From a virus (lineage: Duplodnaviria > Heunggongvirae > Uroviricota > Caudoviricetes), in the IMG/VR virus record IMGVR_UViG_2778261087_000007: a DNA stretch of 36,849 nucleotides; one strand, written 5' to 3'. The stretch's first letter is position 1, and every line of letters begins with the position of its first letter. Below, piece by piece: positions 20,112 through 30,293 of this stretch. Made by a program: the position numbers and the translations under genes. Under the pieces are notes generated by a model. It saw only the letters and a program-made list of their open reading frames with translations. It ran no database searches and was not told the origin of the DNA.

Positions 20112-21140
20112 TCAGTCTTTCCCTTTTGCATTTACGATTGTGACGGCTGATTCGTCGATCGCTGCATACAGCTCCGGATTCCCAAGGGCGTAACCTTCAT
20201 AACGCCAGTAGCTGTTCTCAAACTGTTTACGATCGCTGACGTCTTCTGCGCGACGACGACGCGAGCCCTGCAACGTCAGCACCTGCAGGTTCTGCAGTGT
20301 GGTGACCACAAGACGTTTTCCGGGCATGAATGGCGGACAGAAGGCGCGGCGACCGGCAATATTTTTGCTCAGTTGCTGTGCGGCAACCTGCTCTGACGGG
20401 CGATCCTCTTTGTTGTAGAGGCGGACCTCCTCCGCAGCGAGCAGGTCAGCGCCAACCAGGACAACAAGGTTTGGGTTATCCTGCCATTGCGCAGGAATGG
20501 CACTTCGGATAATGTCAGATGCTGCAGCATCCAGACCAATAAAATCACCGCCCTCGCCAATGGTGACCGGGTCTGTCAGAATTTTTGAGGTACGTCCTTC
20601 TTCTTCCCCCCAGTTTCTGGCGATCTGATGCCAGCCAATATTGACGTCCTGACCGAGCTTATTGGTTTCCGGATCTGAGTTTTCGGCCACGCTGGCCCCG
20701 TTAAAGCCGATACGTAAAATATCTTCGGCAAAGTTGTGAAGCGCGGCGTTGTTCATCAGATTGAAAAATTCCTGCTGGCTTCCCACATTGCCCCAGATGG
20801 CCAGTGTGTCCCATGGAATGATGTTGCAGGAATCGGTTTCGACCAGTTCGAAGGTATTACCGTCAAACGTTGACCCTTTGGTGAAACGTCCGTCTTTCAC
20901 GCGCCCGGTACGCAGTACAGAGTCGCCAATATTGATAACCTGACCTTTCGGATGTGGTACATCCATCATGGTGATCAGACTGAGGAAAGCCAGGTTTTCC
21001 ATCAGTGCCAGGCGAATGGCTGTTGAAAGCGGTTCAGTTAATGAGAATGATTTCCCGTCAGAGGTCTGGCAATTGCGGAAATTGCGATGAACGGCGTCGA
21101 TATACTGTCGGATCAGTTCGGTGGCTTTTGGTGTCAGCAT
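20112..21140 (-). CDS. major capsid protein, gpN-like
   Basis: 342 aa between scaffold and terminase small subunit; P2 gpN is 357 aa. Confidence 0.85.
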   Translation of the reverse strand: MLTPKATELIRQYIDAVHRNFRNCQTSDGKSFSLTEPLSTAIRLALMENLAFLSLITMMDVPHPKGQVINIGDSVLRTGRVKDGRFTKGSTFDGNTFELVETDSCNIIPWDTLAIWGNVGSQQEFFNLMNNAALHNFAEDILRIGFNGASVAENSDPETNKLGQDVNIGWHQIARNWGEEEGRTSKILTDPVTIGEGGDFIGLDAAASDIIRSAIPAQWQDNPNLVVLVGADLLAAEEVRLYNKEDRPSEQVAAQQLSKNIAGRRAFCPPFMPGKRLVVTTLQNLQVLTLQGSRRRRAEDVSDRKQFENSYWRYEGYALGNPELYAAIDESAVTIVNAKGKD

Positions 21141-21150
21141 CGTTTTATCC

Positions 21151-22023
21151 TTAAATCAGTTTAAACGTGTTGGTTTCCGGCGCTCTTCCAGGAATGGTGG
21201 TGGCTTCACGGCTGAGTTCGCTGAATGCGGTTTCAAGATTTTCCACCTTCTGTGCAATATTCACGATGGTGGAAAACATTTTCTGCAGTTGCTCTTCTGA
21301 CTGGGTGAAGGTGGCTTCAGTGCCTTCAGTCTTCTGCGTGTTATCCTGTGCATTCGTTGTCTTTTCTGCGTCAGGTTCTGATTTCTCCTGCGCTGACAGT
21401 TGACTGAACTGATTTTCCAGTCTGTCCAGGCGATCTCCGGTCTGCTGAATGGCGCTCATCATCTGGTTAAATTGTTCCTGGTTCATTGGTGCCTCTTCCT
21501 GTTTGTGAGGTGACGAAGTGAAAAAGCGGGAGAAAAAGCCCCGTTTGGCCTGCTCATCATCAGGCTGCAGCGTGAAATTCAGCGTTTCTGCATTCCCCAT
21601 GCGGACAGCGTTACCCTGTGAAAAGTGCAGGCGGGTGGTGTTAATGCTGGCCGGTGTGTCGGTGACAGCGATACCACTGAGCCAGAATTTGCCGGTGCCC
21701 ATGTAGTCATCGCTGATTTCCACGGATGTGAACAGCTTCTGTCCGGCTTTGTTGGCTTCCAGGAGGAAACGGTTCGGCACAATGCGGGCTTTGAGCTGGA
21801 TCCTGTCGCCGAATTTTTCGGTTTTCAGTTCCTCAATTGTGCCGTAGTTGTTGGTGAAGGCACGCCAGCCAGGGTCAGCATGATATGGCCAGAGCATGGC
21901 AGTGTATTCTTCCGCGTTATAGACCTCTGCGGCATCTGTCAGCCATTTTTCTTCAATATCGCGACCGTCAACAGCCTTTCCCGAGGTGGCGACCACAACC
22001 CAGTCTGTTTTCTGTTTCGTCAT
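21151..22023 (-). CDS. capsid scaffolding protein, gpO-like
   Basis: Start placed at MTKQKTDW (22023) by comparison with gpO N-termini; acidic Q/E-rich C-terminal half; track ORF extends to 22089. Confidence 0.75.
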   Translation of the reverse strand: MTKQKTDWVVVATSGKAVDGRDIEEKWLTDAAEVYNAEEYTAMLWPYHADPGWRAFTNNYGTIEELKTEKFGDRIQLKARIVPNRFLLEANKAGQKLFTSVEISDDYMGTGKFWLSGIAVTDTPASINTTRLHFSQGNAVRMGNAETLNFTLQPDDEQAKRGFFSRFFTSSPHKQEEAPMNQEQFNQMMSAIQQTGDRLDRLENQFSQLSAQEKSEPDAEKTTNAQDNTQKTEGTEATFTQSEEQLQKMFSTIVNIAQKVENLETAFSELSREATTIPGRAPETNTFKLI

Positions 22024-22208
22024 AGGAAATTTATTCACTGATAAAACCGTACTGCGGGTATTAGATGAATAATCCTGTGCCGGCGTCATCCTGTTTATTT
22101 CTGCTGTATTCGGATAAACCGGTATATCCGAAAATAACTGAATTCTGCTGTTCGTCTTCAGAAAGACCTTTTTCGAAAATGGTCGAAGTTTATTTATACG
22201 GAGGAGTT
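22024..22208. promoter_or_regulatory. divergent late-promoter region between scaffold and terminase operons
   Basis: 185-bp AT-rich spacer between divergent O and P starts; no TGT-N12-ACA Ogr box found by eye. Confidence 0.35.
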
Positions 22209-23987
22209 ATGGCTTATTCTGATGAAGTGATAGCTGCTGCCCGTGCGCTGTATCTGAAACGGTATACGCCGAAAGAAATACAAAAAAAGCTGGGGCTTAA
22301 CAGTCCGCGTATTGTTTATTACTGGGCAACAAAATATGAGTGGTATGCGCAGCTCAGTACCGAAGGTGTGGAGGAGGTGATCGCCCGTCGTGTGATGACG
22401 CTGACAGAGCGTGAACATAAAAGTCAGGAAGAGCGGGATGAACTTGATCGTCTTATCGGGCACCATGTGAAACTGATGTCTGCCAGACACAGACATACAG
22501 AACGAATGGCAGAAATTGAACATATGTCTGTTGAGATGGCAGACAGTTCGCCGGTATCCCGTGGTAACAGTGAAAGCGGTAAAAAAGAACGCCGACGTAA
22601 GGCTAATGATATTTCCGGACTGACGGCAGAGAGTTTTGAACCGTTTACTAAAAAACTGTTCGCTTATCAGTTACACCTTCGGAAAAACAAAATTCGCCGT
22701 GTACGTAATTTGCTTAAATCCCGTCAGATTGGTGCAACCTTTTATTTTGCCTTTGAAGCTTTCGAAGATGCTGTATTAACTGGCGACACTCAGATATTTC
22801 TGTCCGCTTCAAAACGTCAGGCGGAAGTCTTTCGTACCTATATTGTTAAAATTGCACAGCAAGAATTTGGGATCGCAATTAAGGGTAATCCTGTCAGGTT
22901 AAGTAATATGGCTGAGCTGTATTTTCTGGCAACGAACAGTAACACCGCACAGTCAAACAGTGGTCACGTGTACATTGATGAATATCTGTGGATCCCCGGC
23001 TTTGAACGTCTTAATACGGTTGCTTCCGGTATGGCCACACACTCGCGGTGGCGTCTGACCTATTTTTCTACACCGTCCGGTAAAACACACCAGGGATACG
23101 CGTTCTGGTCCGGTGATGAATGGCGACGCGGAGATCCGAAGCGTAAACAGGTTGAATTCCCGTCCTTTGATGAGCTGCGTGACGGTGGGCGCGAATGTCC
23201 TGACGGGCAGTGGCGTTACGTGGTGACGCTGGAAGATGCCATTGCCGGTGGATTTAACCTTGCCGATATCAACGAACTGCGCGAACGATACAGTGAGACC
23301 GCGTTCAGGATGTTGTTTATGTGCCAGTTCGTGGACGACAAGGAGAGCATTTTCCGTTTTGAAGATCTGGAGCGTTGTGGTGTTGACCCCCGAATATGGG
23401 AGGACTTCAATCCTGATGAACCGGCGCCGTTCGGTAATCGTGAGGTCTGGGGCGGTTTTGACCCGGCGAGAGGGGGGGATAATGCCACGTTTGTGGTGGT
23501 GGCACCGCCACTGGTCGAAGGGGAACGCTTTCGTGTACTGGAAAAACATCACTGGCGCAGCATGTCATTTCAGTATATGGCTGAACGTATCCGCGCCATT
23601 AAATCCCGCTATAACATGACCTTTATCGGGATAGATGTCACCGGGCTCGGGTATGGCGTTTATGAACTTGTTCAGGGATTTGCCCGCCGTGAAACCGTGG
23701 CCATTCATTACAGCGTTGAGAGTAAAAATCGTCTGGTGATGAAAATGCTGGATGTGGTGGATGCTCGGCGCATCGAATGGGATGAAGAGGCAAAGGATAT
23801 TCCGGCTTCATTCATGGCCATTCGCCAGGAAACCACAGGCAGTGGCAACAAAGTTACCTTTACGGCAGAACGTAGTGAGGAAACCGGCCATGCGGATGTG
23901 TTTTTCGCTATTGCCCATGCGCTCAGTAATGAGCCGCTGAATTACAAAAATAAACGCAAATCAACGTGGGTTTTTGCTGATGACTAA
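22209..23987 (+). CDS. terminase ATPase (large) subunit, gpP-like
   Basis: 592 aa from ATG at 22209 preceded by GGAGGAG; P2 gpP is about 590 aa; divergent from the scaffold gene as in P2. Confidence 0.85.
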   Translation: MAYSDEVIAAARALYLKRYTPKEIQKKLGLNSPRIVYYWATKYEWYAQLSTEGVEEVIARRVMTLTEREHKSQEERDELDRLIGHHVKLMSARHRHTERMAEIEHMSVEMADSSPVSRGNSESGKKERRRKANDISGLTAESFEPFTKKLFAYQLHLRKNKIRRVRNLLKSRQIGATFYFAFEAFEDAVLTGDTQIFLSASKRQAEVFRTYIVKIAQQEFGIAIKGNPVRLSNMAELYFLATNSNTAQSNSGHVYIDEYLWIPGFERLNTVASGMATHSRWRLTYFSTPSGKTHQGYAFWSGDEWRRGDPKRKQVEFPSFDELRDGGRECPDGQWRYVVTLEDAIAGGFNLADINELRERYSETAFRMLFMCQFVDDKESIFRFEDLERCGVDPRIWEDFNPDEPAPFGNREVWGGFDPARGGDNATFVVVAPPLVEGERFRVLEKHHWRSMSFQYMAERIRAIKSRYNMTFIGIDVTGLGYGVYELVQGFARRETVAIHYSVESKNRLVMKMLDVVDARRIEWDEEAKDIPASFMAIRQETTGSGNKVTFTAERSEETGHADVFFAIAHALSNEPLNYKNKRKSTWVFADD

Positions 23988-25029
23988 AAAGAATAAACAG
24001 TGCCGGCAGCAAGGTGATGTCGCAGTGAATACGCAAGGACAGTCAGCAGGCAAAAAAATGAGCCTGATTGAATTTGGTGATCCCGAGCCAGTTGCTGCCT
24101 GGGGAAGTTATAACGGCACATTCTGGGACGGTTATAACGGCTATTACCAGCCGCCTGTTGAACGGATGGACCTTGCCGTACTGGCCAATATTGCCCCCTA
24201 TCATGGGGCAGTGTTACGTGCGCGGGTTAATATGATTATGCAGGGATTTAAAAGTGGTGGCGGCATGAGTCACGCGGCAATGACAGCTGCTGTCACCAAC
24301 CTGCTGATATTCGGTGATGTCGGACTGCTGAAAGTGCGCAATGGTTTCGGGAAAGTGGTCAGGCTTGTCACGCTACCCTCCCTGTATCTGCGCCGCAACA
24401 GTAACGGTGGAACGGTGATCGTGCAGATGGCTATGGATGACACGGTATATGGACCTGATGAAGTGGTCTTTGTTGCCATCTACGATCCGCAACAACAGGT
24501 ATATGGGGTTCCGGACTATATCCATGGTATGGAGTCTGCCATGCTTAATGTGGATGCCACCCGGTTCCGCCGTAAATATTTTAAAAACGGCGCACACCTC
24601 GGTTACATTTTATATACCACGGATCCTGATATGTCGCCTGAGCTCGAGGATGAGTTTCGTAAAAAAATTGAACAGTCAAAAGGCGCAGGAAATTTTAAAT
24701 CCATGTTTATTAATATACCCGGAGGGAATGCTGAGGGGGTGAAGGTAATTCCTGTTGGTGATACCGGTACCAAAGATGAATTTCTGAATATCAAGAATAT
24801 CAGTGCGCAGGACCAACTTGTTGCGCACCGTTTCCCGCCAGGGCTGGCTGGCATTATTCCAGCCAATACTGCCGGACTTGGTGATCCGCTCAAATCACGC
24901 GAAGCGTACTACCGTGATGAAGTGATCCCCATGCGACGGCTGATAATGGAAAGTATCAACAGTGACCGTGATATTCTCCGCCTCGGGCGCGTGGTGTTTG
25001 ACCTTAATTTTGAAGAGCAGGGCAGATAA
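23980..25029 (+). CDS. portal protein, gpQ-like
   Basis: about 349 aa (P2 gpQ 344 aa); first ATG 23980 overlaps the end of the terminase gene; alternative ATG at 24058. Confidence 0.8.
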   Translation: MTKKNKQCRQQGDVAVNTQGQSAGKKMSLIEFGDPEPVAAWGSYNGTFWDGYNGYYQPPVERMDLAVLANIAPYHGAVLRARVNMIMQGFKSGGGMSHAAMTAAVTNLLIFGDVGLLKVRNGFGKVVRLVTLPSLYLRRNSNGGTVIVQMAMDDTVYGPDEVVFVAIYDPQQQVYGVPDYIHGMESAMLNVDATRFRRKYFKNGAHLGYILYTTDPDMSPELEDEFRKKIEQSKGAGNFKSMFINIPGGNAEGVKVIPVGDTGTKDEFLNIKNISAQDQLVAHRFPPGLAGIIPANTAGLGDPLKSREAYYRDEVIPMRRLIMESINSDRDILRLGRVVFDLNFEEQGR

Positions 25030-25094
25030 TGTGCTGTACAGGACGAGAGCGGTTAAAATCACCACGACCGAAGCAATCTGTCGGGAGGTGGAAC

Positions 25095-25352
25095 ATGCGC
25101 AGACAAAAGGCACGGTGTCATTGCTGTGGTTCGGTGGCCATTATTGAAAAAACTGTATGGAAAACGGACCATTTTGCCGATGTATATTACCGCTGTACCC
25201 GGCTTGACTGTGGGCATACCTGGGTGATGAATCTGACCTATTCTCATACGCTTGTCCCAAGCGGTCTGGATAACGGTGTACTGAAATTACTGATAGAACG
25301 CATGCGCCCGGAAGAAAAACAGATGGCGCTGGAATTGCTTCAGGCTGGATGA
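25095..25352 (+). CDS. Ogr/Delta-type zinc-finger late transcription activator
   Basis: 85 aa with exact C-X2-C-X22-C-X4-C spacing (RCHCCGS...YYRCTRLDCGHTW); ATG preceded by GGGAGGTG. Confidence 0.75.
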   Translation: MRRQKARCHCCGSVAIIEKTVWKTDHFADVYYRCTRLDCGHTWVMNLTYSHTLVPSGLDNGVLKLLIERMRPEEKQMALELLQAG

Positions 25353-25373
25353 GTGTGGTGATGAGGGTAACTG

Positions 25374-26000
25374 ATGTTGGACTCTTCTCTTTTGAATTTA
25401 CCATGGGAGGCACTTGTCACGCTTTCCTGTGGATATATTGGCTATTTCATATCAACTGTTGGGATCAACGATAGTCATAAACCTACAGAGATAACGTTTT
25501 CCACCCTGATTTTTGGCATGTTTTCCGCTATGGTTTACCATGCATTTGTATGGGCGGGTGTTGATGACTGGACGGCTACACTTCCAACGGTTTTATATGC
25601 TGTGGCGAGTGGCGCATACTGGCGTAAATATGCACGAGCATGGATGTACCGCTTCCTCAGAAAACATGATATCTCATGGTCAGACAGTAGTAGTTCTGCG
25701 TGGCAGTCGATGTTTGAACAGACTGATTTTCCTGTAACAGAGGTTTTAGTATTTCTGAAAGATGGCTCGGTATTACGTTCTCTTTTATCGGCTGATTTTG
25801 AACAGCTACCAAATGGTCCACTGACGCTGGGTAACAATGGTGACATTACTCTTTATGTTACACATTACAGAGATAATAACAGTCGTGAATGGATGAAATA
25901 TGATAACGTAATGGATAAGCAGTCTGGCAATCTGGCGACATGGATCCCTCGTGACCAGATTGTCAGAATGGATATCCGGAGGATAAGAACCGTACGCTGA
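25374..26000 (+). CDS. membrane protein of unknown function (cargo candidate)
   Basis: 208 aa; three N-terminal hydrophobic helices then basic stretch RKYARAWMYRFLRK and a 120-aa soluble domain; ATG preceded by GAGGG. Confidence 0.6.
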   Translation: MLDSSLLNLPWEALVTLSCGYIGYFISTVGINDSHKPTEITFSTLIFGMFSAMVYHAFVWAGVDDWTATLPTVLYAVASGAYWRKYARAWMYRFLRKHDISWSDSSSSAWQSMFEQTDFPVTEVLVFLKDGSVLRSLLSADFEQLPNGPLTLGNNGDITLYVTHYRDNNSREWMKYDNVMDKQSGNLATWIPRDQIVRMDIRRIRTVR

Positions 26001-26082
26001 GAGCCTGTTTAGGATTCTGTGTAAATGCCTTTTATTGTGCATGTTCTGCTCATCCATTTTCTGACGCGCTTTGCTTGTCCAA

Positions 26083-26143
26083 CCGGGAACAGGCGCACAA
26101 AGAATTTGCGCACCTGTTCCCGGTTCTCTTTAATTATTTTTTG
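26083..26143. terminator. long imperfect palindrome with T-rich tail between convergent genes
   Basis: 11-bp perfect stem ccgggaacagg/cctgttcccgg plus inner pairing, followed by ttctctttaattattttttg. Confidence 0.55.
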
Positions 26144-26625
26144 TTATGCCATCTGACCGCACCACCTGCCAGGATAACGGCTTTTTCAATATCCCGTTCA
26201 TAGCGTAAAGGCTGAAACACACCGTCGATGAAGTATTCACTGATTTCTGGCAGGAAAATCGTAAATCCTCCTGCTGCGTTTTTGTGCGGTAAGACTGCAT
26301 TCTCCAGTGCATCCTGGGCTTTTTTGAATTTCAGTGTGTAGTCAGTCGCGATTTCTTCCAGCTCAGCGATGCGCAGCTTCGCTTTTCCCAGTTCTTTTTC
26401 TGCTTTATCTGCACGTTCAGCCTCGGACCCGGCGAGCTGAAAGTAATGCCACTTTTCTCCTTCGTACAGGTTAACGTAATCCCTGAGCCTGTCCCGTTCG
26501 TCCAGGAGAGCCAGTACCACCGATGGTGTGGCCTTAATACGAAATGCCAGAAGTTTCTTTGGTGTTGCCACTTTTTCTGTTGCCGTTGCTGTGTCACGCA
26601 ACGCCTGATAATCGACTTCGTTCAT
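26134..26625 (-). CDS. hypothetical protein (coupled to upstream gene)
   Basis: 163 aa from ATG at 26625, ATGA overlap with the preceding ORF stop; central charged helical segment. Confidence 0.5.
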   Translation of the reverse strand: MNEVDYQALRDTATATEKVATPKKLLAFRIKATPSVVLALLDERDRLRDYVNLYEGEKWHYFQLAGSEAERADKAEKELGKAKLRIAELEEIATDYTLKFKKAQDALENAVLPHKNAAGGFTIFLPEISEYFIDGVFQPLRYERDIEKAVILAGGAVRWHNKK

Positions 26626-27053
26626 TGTGATGTTCTCCGGTGTTGTGTCGGCCTGGCGAATGAATTGCGTTGTGGTGAAAAGACCATTTCCGCCAGGGCG
26701 GCCTTGCGATTGACGACATTCAACATTCTGGCCAGCGCTGCGTTGTGTTTGTGTGCCTGTTCTTCGTGGTACTTCTGCATGATTTTCCCTGCAGGTGTGC
26801 ACGGCTCCGACTCCTCCGGCGAACGGCGGGTACGAACTGAGACAATCCAGCTCTTATGTTCATTTCCCGGCCGTCTGTTGAGTATATCTGTAATGGTGGT
26901 TTTCGTGGTGCGGTCAGGATTGACCACTGTGATTTCCAGTTCATCGCCGGGTTGTGGTCTCGTGGCAATGTTGTTCAGAGTCAGTAATGGCGTGCGCTGG
27001 CGCATCATGTTGTCAAAGCGCTGGCGCTGCATGGTGCAGTAAAAACGGGTCAT
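26622..27053 (-). CDS. hypothetical protein downstream of replication gene
   Basis: 143 aa; ATGA overlap with the replication gene stop. Confidence 0.5.
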   Translation of the reverse strand: MTRFYCTMQRQRFDNMMRQRTPLLTLNNIATRPQPGDELEITVVNPDRTTKTTITDILNRRPGNEHKSWIVSVRTRRSPEESEPCTPAGKIMQKYHEEQAHKHNAALARMLNVVNRKAALAEMVFSPQRNSFARPTQHRRTSQ

Positions 27054-29578
27054 TGTGGCCCCTCCGTTTTCTGTGCAGGGTTGAGCTCAATGCGGCGGGT
27101 GTTGTCGTTCCAGTACGCGGTGCGCCCGTCATCCAGGAGAACACGGGCCCCGTTACGCACGGAAATAATGGCTGCGTCAGGCAGTTGTACGCCCAGTGCA
27201 TCGAGTTCGCAGGTGATTTGTGCGGTGATGTGTGGCTCTGCTGTCAGTGCGACATCCACGCGAACGCCGTCAGTGGGCGCACTGATGCCGCCGTTTTTCA
27301 CGGTTTCTGTGTCAGGTGGCGGGTTTTTCAACTGCCGGGTGAGTTGTTTTCTCTGTACCGGTGTCAGCGACCTCAGCCATTCGGTTAAATCACCTTCCGG
27401 CAGGGTAAGTCGTTGCTCCCTGCGTCTGTCCTGTTGCCCTTCTGGCGTGGCATTACTGGTTAAATTCTGGTCATGGGGACAGTTATTGCCACGAGTCCAA
27501 GGGGCGACAAAGTCGCCCTCAACGTCAAAATCAGTTTCGCTGGCGCTGTCTTCACCTTCCGGCTTACGTCTGACCAGTTTCCAGGTGTCCGGATGGGTGC
27601 ATATGGTGTACTGCTCCCCGAGTGACGGTGCACGGACACCGTAAATACGTTGCGGAAATTCGCCGTAGTCGTTGGCCTCTTCGGCGGTTTCGTATGCGGT
27701 GCGGACCAGGTACGTGTTGCGGGGAATGAGTACACCACCCTGCCTGGTGATGTAGGTGGCAAAACATCCCACATCAGCGGCGGCCAGTATGGCGTCAATG
27801 TCTTCATTATCGAGGCGCTGTGGTGCCTTCGGGTTACGGGCTATCTGCCCGGCAAGACGGCGGAGTTCGCGCCATACCTGGCGTGGCGGGATACCGAAGA
27901 ACTGGAACTGGCGGATGCGGTGAAGGGTCGCCCAGCCGATGGCGTTCTCCACGGTTTCTGCCATTGTTTTGCCTGATTCCCTGTCTGCGTATGGTTTGCC
28001 GGTTTTCGGGTCATTCCCCATAAATACGCTGGCGTCCAGGTTCTTACCGATATAGGTCGCGATATAGCTTGCCGGGGTGCCTTTTGCTGGGTCGATTTTT
28101 TCGCATTTAAAACGCGGGGAGATATCATCACCCAGCTCTGCACGGTCCTCCCTGATGGCGGCGTTGCGCATGATTTCAGTGATACGGGCTTCGTTTTCCG
28201 GACTGGTGAATACCAGCATGTGCCAGTGCGGTGTGCCGTCGTGGTGAGGCTCCACGGTGCGTACACCGTACCAGCCCAGCCCGGCTTTGCTGATGGCCTT
28301 GCGGACGGCAGCGAAAAATCTGTAAACCAGGTAATCACTGGCATCGCGTACCGTTGCCCCGCAGAATTTCGGGTTCAGGCTGCCGTCATCGTTCACGCTG
28401 TGAAAACGGGAAGGGGCGGTGACGGTGACGAAAAACGCCACATCGCCGCGCGCTTCGGCGACCTGCTCCATTCCCCGGACGCAGGCCATCATCTCGTTGC
28501 GACGGTTGCGCGGATTGGCGAGTCCGGCCCAGTAGATATCCTCAAGGCTGAACCGCTCTCCCTCTTCGTTCTCGACATCCCAGGCTTTCAGAAAATCGCG
28601 GGTGCGCTGGCGTTTTTCGCGCCAGTCCAGTAACGCTTCATGGCTGATGTATACCGACTCCTTACGTGACACCAGACCTGCGGCGCGTAACAGCTCTTCC
28701 CGCCAGATGTCGCGAAGGTGTCTTAACTGACCGTTCCACCAGTTCGCGCAGGAAAGACGCATGACTGCACCCGGCACCTGTTCCAGGTCGGGGGCGGTGC
28801 GGCGGTCGGGTCTGATTTCCAGCGACGGCCAGCAGGGCGGGGTGACACCCAGTTTTAACGCCATATGTGCCAGCGGCTGGTAGGTCAGCAGCCAGGTGTA
28901 CAGGTCATCATCCCCCTTTCCGGTCCTTTTGATGGCCTCATCACATGCGCGCTCCAGTGCGGCGGAAAATGCGGTGGCGGTCAGGGTGGCAAGGCGCTGA
29001 ATGTCGTCGCGCTCCAGTTGCGGGAGTATCAGGAGTTCATCCAGTCGTTCGCGGGCAGCGGTGGCCTTAAATGCTGTAGTGGCAAACCGTTCATTCACCT
29101 GTCTGATGCGTTTCAGACGGGCGCGCAGCCCGTGGCGAACGAAGTTATCCGCTGCGTATGCGCTGTTGTTCTTAAGTTCTTTCTGACGGGCATCGTCCTG
29201 TTTGCGTCTGAAGAACGCCAGCCTGCGAATCAACGGTCCGGCGAGAAAGGCCGGAAGGGCGCGCAGCTCTGCCATGGCCTCGGATACCAGCGTGGGTGGG
29301 TTATCGCGTCTGTACCTGGCCAGCTTTTCCAGCCGTATCTGCCGCTCTTCGTCGTGATGAAGGTGCGAATTAATCTGCCTGCCTTTTTCTGTGCTTGTCA
29401 GGAAGACGACGGTTTCTTCATCCAGCCGGGCATTAATCCGGATGTCTTCGTTGATGTAGCTCTGAATTGCCCTGCGTAATGCCGTCGGCTTCTGTGGTAA
29501 CGCTCTGCCGAAGGTTTCCGGGTCGATAACGGGCAGTGGAGCGTTCCATGACCAGGCCCATTCGCGGTTGGTGTTCAT
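27050..29578 (-). CDS. rolling-circle replication initiator, gpA-like
   Basis: about 842 aa; HUH-type motif PHWHMLVF and paired tyrosines YIATYIGKN; ATG at 29578 preceded by GGGGAG (track start is GTG at 29587). Confidence 0.85.
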   Translation of the reverse strand: MNTNREWAWSWNAPLPVIDPETFGRALPQKPTALRRAIQSYINEDIRINARLDEETVVFLTSTEKGRQINSHLHHDEERQIRLEKLARYRRDNPPTLVSEAMAELRALPAFLAGPLIRRLAFFRRKQDDARQKELKNNSAYAADNFVRHGLRARLKRIRQVNERFATTAFKATAARERLDELLILPQLERDDIQRLATLTATAFSAALERACDEAIKRTGKGDDDLYTWLLTYQPLAHMALKLGVTPPCWPSLEIRPDRRTAPDLEQVPGAVMRLSCANWWNGQLRHLRDIWREELLRAAGLVSRKESVYISHEALLDWREKRQRTRDFLKAWDVENEEGERFSLEDIYWAGLANPRNRRNEMMACVRGMEQVAEARGDVAFFVTVTAPSRFHSVNDDGSLNPKFCGATVRDASDYLVYRFFAAVRKAISKAGLGWYGVRTVEPHHDGTPHWHMLVFTSPENEARITEIMRNAAIREDRAELGDDISPRFKCEKIDPAKGTPASYIATYIGKNLDASVFMGNDPKTGKPYADRESGKTMAETVENAIGWATLHRIRQFQFFGIPPRQVWRELRRLAGQIARNPKAPQRLDNEDIDAILAAADVGCFATYITRQGGVLIPRNTYLVRTAYETAEEANDYGEFPQRIYGVRAPSLGEQYTICTHPDTWKLVRRKPEGEDSASETDFDVEGDFVAPWTRGNNCPHDQNLTSNATPEGQQDRRREQRLTLPEGDLTEWLRSLTPVQRKQLTRQLKNPPPDTETVKNGGISAPTDGVRVDVALTAEPHITAQITCELDALGVQLPDAAIISVRNGARVLLDDGRTAYWNDNTRRIELNPAQKTEGPQ

Positions 29579-29583
29579 GGCGC

Positions 29584-29997
29584 TCACTCCCCGGCAGTTG
29601 CCCGTTGAAATGCGGCACGGTACAGCACAAGAAGGCGCCGGTATTCGTCAATAAAGCCTTCTGCCGTTTTAATCCCTTTCACTGCCACGCTGTGGGTTGT
29701 CATGTCCAGTACGAGCGCCATTTCTGACGATGACCAACTGATTACGCTGTGGTCGTGCCCGTTGATGTGGAACAGGCCCAGATTCAGGCTGTGATTCAGG
29801 TCTCTGACGTCAACACGGTAACGGTCATCAACGGTGAAGGAGAAATCACCTGATGTGGTGATACTGCTGGCTGCCTGTTTACAGGCGCGGCGGTAATAGT
29901 CATGCCAGTCATTGAGGCGGGAGGCGAGGTGTGGATCCACCGACCACATCCAGTTAAAAAAATCCTGAATATCTGAAAGTTCCTTAACGTTCTTCAT
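29584..29997 (-). CDS. hypothetical protein upstream of replication gene
   Basis: 137-aa ORF whose stop overlaps the replication gene start region. Confidence 0.5.
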   Translation of the reverse strand: MKNVKELSDIQDFFNWMWSVDPHLASRLNDWHDYYRRACKQAASSITTSGDFSFTVDDRYRVDVRDLNHSLNLGLFHINGHDHSVISWSSSEMALVLDMTTHSVAVKGIKTAEGFIDEYRRLLVLYRAAFQRATAGE

Positions 29998-30065
29998 GTG
30001 AACCTCCGGTAACAGACGTGCGGAAGCCTCCCGCGTACGGGTGCGGGATGGCTTCAGGATGTTGT

Positions 30066-30293
30066 TTAGTGGTGGTGTTGCTGGTTGATAAGGTTCTGCA
30101 GTTCCGCGAGATCATCCGCCAGGTAGCTGAAAACAGCGGCACAGTAACGGTTTGACAGGGCGTGAGTGCGCTCATGCAGCATATTGATGTGCATGATTTG
30201 CGCGACGCGTGATGCGCGGAAAAGTCTGCGGTTGATTTCGGTGCGGATGTGAAGGCGCTCAGCGCGGGCGCGCTGTTGTTTGCGGTTTGCCAT
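30066..30293 (-). CDS. small basic hypothetical protein
   Basis: 75 aa, Arg/Lys-rich N-terminus, ATG with GAGG about 9 nt upstream. Confidence 0.45.
   Translation of the reverse strand: MANRKQQRARAERLHIRTEINRRLFRASRVAQIMHINMLHERTHALSNRYCAAVFSYLADDLAELQNLINQQHHH

Noticed and set aside
25030-26143. P2/186-type cos site (GGCG(A/T)GGCGGGGAAAGCA-like)
   Set aside because: No match found by eye in the region downstream of the portal gene where P2 carries cos; absence is not proven without a mismatch-tolerant search.
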